Program-made: the position numbers and the translations under genes
IMG/VR virus record: IMGVR_UViG_3300032285_001531
Reading direction: 5' to 3' (one strand)
Length of the DNA stretch: 64,000 nucleotides
Source: a virus
Lineage: Duplodnaviria > Caudoviricetes
In this document: piece after piece, positions 57,901-64,000 of the stretch
Layout of the letters: each line of letters begins with the position of its first letter
Numbering within the stretch: position 1 is the first letter of the stretch
Notes under the pieces: model-generated
Database searches by the model: none
Told to the model about the DNA's origin: nothing
Seen by the model: the letters and a program-made list of their open reading frames with translations, nothing else

Positions 57901-60900
57901 CAAATGCACTTAGTTTGGTAAACGGTTCAAGTAATGTTGTAGTTGACGTAAATGGTGCAATAAGAATTGGTGCAATAGGTGTGCCTAATGTGTTGACCAT
58001 CACAAACACAGGCACAGTAGTGACAGGTACAGAAAGCGTAACTGGTGCTATTACTGCTAATGGTGCAATTACAACGGCAACAACTTTAACTGCAGCTAAT
58101 TTGAGTATTACTGGAAATGTAGCATTTACTGCTGCAAACGTAAGTTTAGGATCTAATACTGCTGTTAGAATTACTGGTGGGGGTCCTAATCAATTCTTAA
58201 AAACAGATGGAAACGGTAATTTAAGTTGGGTTTCTGCAGGTGGTACTGCAAACGTTGCAGGTGCACCAACTCAAGTACAGTTTAACACTGGCGGTGCAAT
58301 GGATGCTAGTGCTAACTTTACATTTGATAAAACAACTAATACATTAGTAGTCACTAATGCTACAAATTCAGGTAACTTAAGCGTAGGCGGTAATGCAACT
58401 GTAGCAGCTAACTTAAGTGTTACTACAGGCAATATCAGTGCTAGTGGTAACGTTAGCTTAATTGGCAATAACGTAACTGGTAAACTAGTGTTTAACAATA
58501 ATGGTGTTGCAGCTCCGATATTAAATGGTGTAAGTAATGGTACTAGAACAATTTTCTATAATTCAGCAGGAGCTCAAGCTACTAACTTTGCAATGGGTAT
58601 AGATAGTAGCACATTATGGTACAGTGTTCCGGATACAGCTAGTTTCCACAGATGGTACGGTGGAACAACTCAGCTTGCATATCTAACTGGAATTGGATTC
58701 TCTGTAACAGGTAACATATTTGCTAGTGCTAATATTAGTACTATTGGCAATATTCTTGCTGCAGGTTTACTCAGTGTTACTGGAACAATTTCAAGTACTG
58801 GTGCTATTGCTACCCCAAGTACAATCAGTGCTACAGGTAATATTAATACTACAGCTACACTAAATGCAGCAGCATTGTCTGTAACTGGAGCAGCAATTTA
58901 CGGTGGTGTAATTAACACAACAAGCACAATGAGTGCTACTGGTACAGTAACGGCAGGTGGATTTATCACTGCAGGTACAATTAGTGCTAATGGTACTATT
59001 ACATCAAATACTGCAATTAACACTACAGGTACTATAAGTGCTACTGGTAACATTACTACTGCTGGTTACATACAAGCTGCAGGTCTTGCTTCTAGCGGTA
59101 ACATGGCAATCCCAGCAGGTAATTCATTATTGATGGGAACAAATGCTGGCACATCAGCTAAGATAATATGGGATGCAGCTGGGACAGGAGCACCAACATA
59201 TAGTGCATTTAGTCCAGGTACAAAATTAGTATTGTATCCTGCAACTGCTGCGCCATACACACCAAGTGCAAGTGAGGTTGGATATGCAATGGGTATTGAA
59301 GCCTACTCAATATGGTATAGTACAAGCAATTCTACAGTTGGTTTCCATAGATGGTATGCAGGTAATACACAAATTGCAAACTTAAACTATCAATCATTTA
59401 CTGTAGCAGGAAATTTAAGTGCAGTTGGTAATGTTTATTCAAATAACGAAAACGTAACAAGTAATGTACAAGCAGGTAACTTAAGAACAACAGGTGTAGT
59501 ATCTGCAGCAAGTACAATAACCGGTGGCAATTTAGTAACAGGAGGCACAATAAGTTCATATGGTATTGCAACATTAGGTAATGTTGTTGTACCAACAGGC
59601 GGTACTATATCTGCAATCGGCAATATCATTGGTGGTAATATAGTAGCAAATGCAACTGTCACTGGTGTAACATTAAGTGCTAGTGGTAACGTAACAGGCT
59701 TTAACTTAACAACTGGCGGTGTAGTGAGTGCTGCTAGTAACGTAACCGGTGGTAATATCTTAACTGGTGGTTTAATAAGTGCTGCAGGTAGTGTTACAGG
59801 TATAAGTCTTGTTGGTAATCTATACACAGTTCGTAACGGTGGTATTTACTGGCCTAGTGATACTAGTGGTGACGTTGCAACTATCACTTATCTAAGATCA
59901 GGCGCTGATACTGGTACCCTAGAACTTTCTGTACAAAATGATACAGACGATATTATTAGATTAAATGCAAGTGGTGGTACATCAGTTGTTGGTAATTTAA
60001 CAGTTGGTGCTAACATAACAACAACTGCAAATGCTAACGTAGGTAATTTAAATGCAACAAGTAATGTACAAGCAGGTAACTTAAGAACAACTGGATTAAT
60101 AAGTGCTACTGGTAATGTAACAGCTAGTAATTTTATCACAACTGGCACGATAACTTTAGGTGGTGTCATCAGTGCTACTGGTACCCCAGCTGCTATCGCT
60201 GCTACTGGTACAATTAACACTTTAAGTACAATTAGTGCTACTGGCACAATTACTGGTGGTAATATTGTAACCGCAGGCGCAGTCAGTGCAACAGGTATAA
60301 TCAGTACTACAGCTAATATTACTACTGCAGCTAATATTAGTGCTACTGCAGGAATATTTGCTAGTACAATTAGTGCTGTTGGTAATATCAACAGTACAGG
60401 TAACATTATAACTAATGGTACAATATGTACTATAGGATTGATAGTAAGTGCAGGTGCAAGTGCTAACTTTGCCTCTCCGATATATGCAACATCATTAATT
60501 AGTACTACTGCAACAGTTACTAGTGCTGTTTTAAGTGCTACAGGAAATGTAAATGCTGCTAATGTAATATCTACTGGTAATGTAAATGCTGGTACTAACA
60601 TAAGTGCTACTGGTAATATTACTTCTGCAGCAAACATAAGTACTAGTGGTAATATTATTGCTGCTGGCACAATGAGTTCTACTGGATTAGCGACACATGG
60701 TAGTTTAAGTGTCGTTGGTAGTTCTACTCATACTGGTGCAATCAATACAACTAATGCTATTAGTGCTGTTGGTACGGTTACTGCAGGTGGATTCAGTACT
60801 ACAGGAAATACTATTACTGGTAATTTAAGCGTTACTGGTAACGTAATTGGTACATTAACTGTTCCTGGTACTGCAAATATTGGTACTGCAAATGTAACTA

Positions 60901-61355
60901 CTTTAAATGTATCTGGTGCTGCTAATGTAAGTCCAAGTTCAGTTGTAAGAGATCCTGCTAATGCAGCAATAAATATTCCAGTTGGATATCGTATAAATCC
61001 ACTAATTCCCGTAACAATGGCATCTGGAACTATTGCCAGTGTTTTATACGATAATAACGCTACACAAAAAATATTTTATGTCACTGGTGCAACCGTAGCT
61101 ACTGGTGTAATTAATTGGGAAGGCAGCGGATCTTTCGAACGTTTTGCTCTTGGTTCAGTTATAACTATTATCAATGATAGTTCAGGAACAGTACAAGCTT
61201 CTGGCTCCTATGCTGGATGTAATTTTAGACGAGCGCAAACCGGAGCTACAACAAATACTATTAATGTTGGACCTAATGGTTATGCAGTATTTACTAAGAT
61301 TGTATCTGTTGGACCAGGCGGATATCCATTATGGTTCGTGTCAGGTAATTTCTAA
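51909..61355 (+). CDS. Giant tail fibre / receptor-binding protein (3148 aa)
   Basis: N-terminal IQHRTG...LAEGELGFATDERRLYIG attachment motif; long G/N/A/T/I/S/V repeats; repeated globular inserts; late promoter at 51873. Confidence 0.8.
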   Translation: MAIIQLSKIQHRTGANVDLPQLAEGELGFATDERRLYIGNDANLFPPLGTSTTTQTEILTEVSTLNWSRLGGSANTTLNIEAPVEDGQLIVANSNTWTNAGGTSALPINLGNIQNLNIGGGLNGYVLTTDGSGNLSWQGSGVVTYAVANVSQANPAVVTTTEDNAILTGLQVTIFGVGGMTQLKTAGASGTNKFYVVKQSNSTFTLYSDSTLLSAVNSSAFTAAVPNTGNAVTSFYENGTGNPGGGNRNIQFNDGSGLFGGIGTFTFDKTTSNLSLTGNANITYDIAANNFIGKFTGPIGNTTANTGNFTTINAASTISTSGNVSAGGNVVVTGNISTGSNLTTAGNLSVTGNTKLTGKLSMGGNIVGNLVPDADITYNLGSPTRRWKDLYISSNSLVIGNGTLSTSPTGDFNFSNSNITTLNANLGNLATANFLGGTLIASSSSQPNISTVGNLTSLNVAGISNLGPVNNVFIGNSTANYVLTATDANGTMRWLPTQYIETPAKGSNQSVQFNVGNVISGSANFLFDKDFNKLTVPNLVVGTTINGNATISVTGNITGNAINATTLNVSGAVIASNTVSAAGNLTSNGILTVNNNAAITGNLSLTGTITANLTNAGNVSVSGNTTTSRLSVVSNVVANGNITGGNILTLGSISAGGNVDANNLNAAGNVIITGQANAVRFVASAEIKAGQYIQAAGKAYIGEDVLANGNVSGANILTLGNVSAGGNLTIAANAQINGNATITGTIAGGNITTLGLISARGNINGANITANGFITTTGDVTANGAISANGNITSLGTITANALNVGNVSTTGNLTVNNLAVANFVSSSLLPNADISLALGGPTKRWSTLYVGNTINIGDKTIVSDANGIGFGAALFNQANANIANLRTAYANLPDTGNIKIPGGTLGAILKTDGNGNISWGAPSSFVSGAAGSNTQVQFNDANIMAGSANFVFNKTSNTLTVDKIIANGSGLTGMNGANVTGTVSSASVAGTVSVNAQPNINSVGNLTGLVVGNLGNVDFSNTTAVTLNSNSLRVPNGWTPGMSIIAVSPTANSNADAGKLSWGYSSLLQNGNSNVVVDTAANIRFTANGVVNVVTIANTGLFTSNLTVNAIANLGSVSNVKITGGGPNQILRTDGNGVLSWVAPASTSALANANSNITVEAANINLSANGTPNVLQVTATGVNISNETISGTSNIGTLNINAIANLGAVANIRIGGSNVGWLLQSNGAGGVVWTPPASTSGLTNGNSSVSVDQNGNIRITANTAPNVVVIANTGLFTSNISATGTLTTNGIAVLNNGNITLPGTASTAGKIYWPGTAACSAPQLTTYSGGTRLVLQDSIATSGSAGYTMGIESGNMWFGTDVVAAGFKWYGGITQIATLSNATGFSTVGNVAGININTTGNVSATGNANIGNNVNTVNVNATGSIIAANITANTVISTTGNINSGNENVTGNVQAGNLRTTGNVSATGNITTANFFVGNGYYLTGVLREPTALIANGTLSNVSIPAANGSISVVANNVSVMTITSVGANISGNASISGNANVGNLGTAGNVTANYFIGNGALLTGIATSNQLFNGNSNVTIDSNANVRITANGSANIVSYIGNGVYPANANIGAIQPQNTYYRVGNVYVSSGGDYGHFSTHAWYTGGMWMGDGAVGGLFQIAGPTFNWFKGSACTSVTYTSLMSLDANGNLFANGTISSVSNITGVNIIGTNISATANVTGGNIITAGAVSATGVISTAGNIVSNSYHFLNSYAGATEGGQIVMSFAGGNAYANAVASTWNIDVGPANDFRIFNYNSGGAVSIPFIIRQSNNQADFTGNIATGANVNAGNVNTTAAVSAGGNITTTQFLNAGSMSVSGTINGGANANIAGNLNLTGNANVIGKINVSNSISMANGSLNIINWGTAGYAPPSIVAAYGNGTKIVLFDSKTSTATALGYTMGIDTSTFYFTSDVNFKWYTNGSLTPVATMTPTGFSVTGTVNASNFVGNGSGLTGISASNALSLVNGSSNVVVDVNGAIRIGAIGVPNVLTITNTGTVVTGTESVTGAITANGAITTATTLTAANLSITGNVAFTAANVSLGSNTAVRITGGGPNQFLKTDGNGNLSWVSAGGTANVAGAPTQVQFNTGGAMDASANFTFDKTTNTLVVTNATNSGNLSVGGNATVAANLSVTTGNISASGNVSLIGNNVTGKLVFNNNGVAAPILNGVSNGTRTIFYNSAGAQATNFAMGIDSSTLWYSVPDTASFHRWYGGTTQLAYLTGIGFSVTGNIFASANISTIGNILAAGLLSVTGTISSTGAIATPSTISATGNINTTATLNAAALSVTGAAIYGGVINTTSTMSATGTVTAGGFITAGTISANGTITSNTAINTTGTISATGNITTAGYIQAAGLASSGNMAIPAGNSLLMGTNAGTSAKIIWDAAGTGAPTYSAFSPGTKLVLYPATAAPYTPSASEVGYAMGIEAYSIWYSTSNSTVGFHRWYAGNTQIANLNYQSFTVAGNLSAVGNVYSNNENVTSNVQAGNLRTTGVVSAASTITGGNLVTGGTISSYGIATLGNVVVPTGGTISAIGNIIGGNIVANATVTGVTLSASGNVTGFNLTTGGVVSAASNVTGGNILTGGLISAAGSVTGISLVGNLYTVRNGGIYWPSDTSGDVATITYLRSGADTGTLELSVQNDTDDIIRLNASGGTSVVGNLTVGANITTTANANVGNLNATSNVQAGNLRTTGLISATGNVTASNFITTGTITLGGVISATGTPAAIAATGTINTLSTISATGTITGGNIVTAGAVSATGIISTTANITTAANISATAGIFASTISAVGNINSTGNIITNGTICTIGLIVSAGASANFASPIYATSLISTTATVTSAVLSATGNVNAANVISTGNVNAGTNISATGNITSAANISTSGNIIAAGTMSSTGLATHGSLSVVGSSTHTGAINTTNAISAVGTVTAGGFSTTGNTITGNLSVTGNVIGTLTVPGTANIGTANVTTLNVSGAANVSPSSVVRDPANAAINIPVGYRINPLIPVTMASGTIASVLYDNNATQKIFYVTGATVATGVINWEGSGSFERFALGSVITIINDSSGTVQASGSYAGCNFRRAQTGATTNTINVGPNGYAVFTKIVSVGPGGYPLWFVSGNF

Positions 61356-61360
61356 AATAA

Positions 61361-61386
61361 AATGGGCTATTAATTTAGCCCATTTC
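61361..61386. terminator. Hairpin after the giant fibre gene
   Basis: AAATGGGCTA-TTAATT-TAGCCCATTT. Confidence 0.7.
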
Positions 61387-61479
61387 AGCTAAATACTATA
61401 GTTCACTCTCTATATGAGAGAGTTTATGCAGCACCCACTGCGTAGACCCTAGAACGGTCACTATAGGAGATTAAAACAA

Positions 61480-62616
61480 ATGGGACGTCCTTTAAAAATT
61501 ATCAAAGAAAACGCATCAGCAAGCCCAAGTGGAAAAATTGATGCAGGTTATCCAAATAACGGAACAACCAATAATGGATTCAGTAGAAGCTATCCAGGTA
61601 TTCTCGGCGGATCAATTCCAACATTTAACGATTCAGATCAAGTTGAAGCTAGTGTAGCTATTGAGAAAAAACAATATGGTACAATAGTTGCATCAACTGC
61701 ACATACTTGTGTAAGCGGTTTCGGCACTGCATTTAGCAGTGTACTGTCAGTAGGTAGTTCAGTTTATGCTGACGGTATTTCCGCTGCAATTGGAACAGTT
61801 AATACATTAAATGCAAATGCATCAGACACAGCAACAGCAACAACTGCATCAAATGATCGTATCACTGTAACAGCTAGTGCGCAGTTCGTAGTAGGCGGTT
61901 CGGTAACTGTTGCCGCAAATATTGGTAATCTAGTTGCAGGAACAGTGTATTATGTATATGATTTACCAACTTCAACAACATTACGTGTTAGTTCTACACC
62001 TGATCTAGCATCTATATTCCAGTTAGCTGATACTACATTACAATCAGTAGCAATAACTCAAACACAAACATTGACTTTAGACGCAGTTTCAACTGCATCA
62101 GTTACACGTAGTGTTTGGACCAGCTCTACTCCTGAAAGTAATAATGGTTATATTGTTCGTCAAAAGGGTAAGAGAAAATTCTTAGTTGTTGCTAAAACAG
62201 CAATTCAGGATGAGTTCATTGCTCAAGGCGGAAGCTACATGATCGTTTCAGTTAGTAATACCAACTGGGAAGCATTAGGAGCAGGAGCAGATGCAACAGC
62301 AGGTAAAATATTCACTGCAATTAAAGATGGAACCGGTCTAACAACTAATGGAACTGTTTACGCAGTTGGTGTGTGTTTATTATCAAACGTTGCTGATGGA
62401 AGTTTAACTAGAAATCAAATGAACTTAAATCTAAACAAGGCAAGTGGTCCAGATGTATTTGCATCTTCAGTATCAGATCATTTTGCAGTTGATTTCACTG
62501 ATAACGGAACTGATGAAAATGCAGGAACTAAGTTTATTGCAACACTAAATGGTGCAAGCAATACTCCAGATCCAGCAACAGGTCTCATCTCTGTCGCAGT
62601 AGATAACTATTGCTAA
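61480..62616 (+). CDS. Structural protein (MGRPLK family), 378 aa
   Basis: Late promoter at 61390; SD AGGAGA; high-expression codon usage. Confidence 0.7.
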   Translation: MGRPLKIIKENASASPSGKIDAGYPNNGTTNNGFSRSYPGILGGSIPTFNDSDQVEASVAIEKKQYGTIVASTAHTCVSGFGTAFSSVLSVGSSVYADGISAAIGTVNTLNANASDTATATTASNDRITVTASAQFVVGGSVTVAANIGNLVAGTVYYVYDLPTSTTLRVSSTPDLASIFQLADTTLQSVAITQTQTLTLDAVSTASVTRSVWTSSTPESNNGYIVRQKGKRKFLVVAKTAIQDEFIAQGGSYMIVSVSNTNWEALGAGADATAGKIFTAIKDGTGLTTNGTVYAVGVCLLSNVADGSLTRNQMNLNLNKASGPDVFASSVSDHFAVDFTDNGTDENAGTKFIATLNGASNTPDPATGLISVAVDNYC

Positions 62617-62632
62617 TCAATTTCTAGCAAAT

Positions 62633-62660
62633 AAAAAAGCCGCACTATGCGGCTTTTTTT
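62633..62660. terminator. Bidirectional terminator
   Basis: AAAAAAGCCGCA-CTA-TGCGGCTTTTTT. Confidence 0.85.
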
Positions 62661-63067
62661 ATAAGTGTTTCTAGTTTATCTTTTACTACGTCAAAGTTAA
62701 TTGTGTTAAACAATCCAGGATGTAATGGCTTTGGATAGTTATGTACATCAACCCAGCAATAACCTATGTGTTCATCATTTAATACTGGTAAGAATTCATT
62801 TTCTACACTACAGAAGAATGTATGATATGTAAACGTATTGTTTACAAACTTTTGAATTGGTATTAACTTAGCGTCTTTAGGAAAATAGTCTATTTCTTCA
62901 ATACATTCACGTTCAAGACCTTGTATTAATGTCTCTCCGTTTTCTATTTTCCCACCAGGTATGCCCCAAAATGTAGTACTCTTGTTGTCATTGCGTAATA
63001 AGAACAAGAATCTGTTTGTAGATGCAGAATGATAAAATATTCCAGCAGATATGTTTTGCGCTTTCAT
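62645..63067 (-). CDS. NUDIX hydrolase
   Basis: WGIPGGKIENGETLIQGLERECIEE Nudix box; LNDEH and LHPGL. Confidence 0.9.
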   Translation of the reverse strand: MKAQNISAGIFYHSASTNRFLFLLRNDNKSTTFWGIPGGKIENGETLIQGLERECIEEIDYFPKDAKLIPIQKFVNNTFTYHTFFCSVENEFLPVLNDEHIGYCWVDVHNYPKPLHPGLFNTINFDVVKDKLETLIKKAA

Positions 63068-63085
63068 ATAGTAATTTATCTCAGA

Positions 63086-64000
63086 TTAAATCACTACGCT
63101 AAAATCTCCCGCTTCATACCAACCTTCCCATGATTTCATCCATGTACCAGTATAACGATACTGAACACCAGTAGTTAAATTAGTTACGTATTGAGTGCTA
63201 GTTAAGTTAGTACTATCAAAGCTAACAAACCATGCACCTGACATAGAATCATATTCAATAATATCATTTGCTTTTGCTTTTAATGTTCCCCATGCACTAG
63301 TAGGATCATATGAGTATGTACTATCAATACTTTCAACTATTAAGTATCGTTGACCATTTGCTGGCAATGGTAAATTGTTACCTGGACTCTTAGCAAGTGG
63401 ATTAACTACACTATCAACTGCTGGTAACGTGTTTTGTGGTAATGTATCCGGGTCAATGTTAAAGATTAATAATCTATCGTCATTGGGATTGAATGCAATC
63501 GTACCTACAATCTCTGTTTCCATATATGGATTTTGTAACCATATTTGACTGATGCCAGGTCTTACTTTTCCATACACGTTTAAAAATGCAGACCAATGCA
63601 CATTAGTGTCAGGATTGGTTGGTAATTCTAAACTTTCATTGTTAGGAGTAAACGCAGTTCCGTCTGGTAACACTTGTAATGAGTTACCTAATAATAATAA
63701 CTTATATCCATAAGGAGTAATCTTTTGTCTTGTTCCTAATAGCATGTCATCATCTTGCATATCTGTAAGAGCGTTCCCCTGAAATATACTTGCGATAATC
63801 TTGTAAATAACACCAAGCTTTTTGACTTTAGCACTGCTACTAATCCATATAGGCATGTAGAATGTCCATGTCATAACATCAATAGGGTTTCCTGATCCGA
63901 TTGGTATTGTACGTGAACTAAATGTAAGTTTATCTTGATACACAACACTTAATGAAGTCCAGTCAATGAAGTTATCAGTACTTTGAATTTCCATTGCAGG
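63086..64000 (-). CDS. 5'-truncated tail completion / sheath stabiliser (gp15-like) protein
   Basis: DVMTWTFYMPIWISSSAKVKKLG motif; the frame runs off the window end. Confidence 0.6.
   Translation of the reverse strand, partial: PAMEIQSTDNFIDWTSLSVVYQDKLTFSSRTIPIGSGNPIDVMTWTFYMPIWISSSAKVKKLGVIYKIIASIFQGNALTDMQDDDMLLGTRQKITPYGYKLLLLGNSLQVLPDGTAFTPNNESLELPTNPDTNVHWSAFLNVYGKVRPGISQIWLQNPYMETEIVGTIAFNPNDDRLLIFNIDPDTLPQNTLPAVDSVVNPLAKSPGNNLPLPANGQRYLIVESIDSTYSYDPTSAWGTLKAKANDIIEYDSMSGAWFVSFDSTNLTSTQYVTNLTTGVQYRYTGTWMKSWEGWYEAGDFSVVI

Noticed and set aside
52247-60670. Many 60-260 aa antisense ORFs over fibre genes (also 9498-10910 and 26310-29478)
   Set aside because: Shadow ORFs caused by low-complexity codons such as GGT/AAT/ACT/GCA; they encode L/P/V/T-rich nonsense and lack an RBS or promoter.
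1-64000. Stop-codon reassignment, introns or inteins
   Set aside because: Marker genes (thyA, terminase, uvsX, uvsW, helicase, primase) are intact at normal length in code 11, with TAA, TGA and TAG all used as stops.

Overview
This is 64 kb of an AT-rich, large lytic dsDNA phage genome, distantly T4-like. It carries gp17-type terminase, gp32 SSB, UvsX/UvsY/UvsW, gp41/gp61-type helicase and primase, a gp9/10-like wedge N-terminus, a gp15-like tail completion gene and very long Gly/Asn/Thr-rich fibre genes. The porin family, the PstS sequence and the permuted tmRNA point to a betaproteobacterial (Burkholderiales-like) host; this is inference. Main observations: (1) a phosphate-starvation island of two Pho-box-led operons, pstS-porin and plcP-small protein-GT2, suggesting phage-driven phosphate uptake plus phospholipid-to-glycolipid remodelling; (2) a two-piece (circularly permuted) tmRNA whose tag reads ANDDTYLLAANG, without the usual terminal -LAA degron; (3) a 193-aa mini-DnaE that keeps all catalytic motifs and is coupled to a 3'-5' exonuclease; (4) three promoter classes: early sigma70 promoters with a strong SD, extended -10 promoters that appear to give leaderless mRNAs for replication genes, and TAAATA late-type promoters; (5) small genes missed by the ORF track, T4-like capsid-targeting N-termini and structured RNA leaders. 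All protein calls come from motif recognition by eye; no database search was run.
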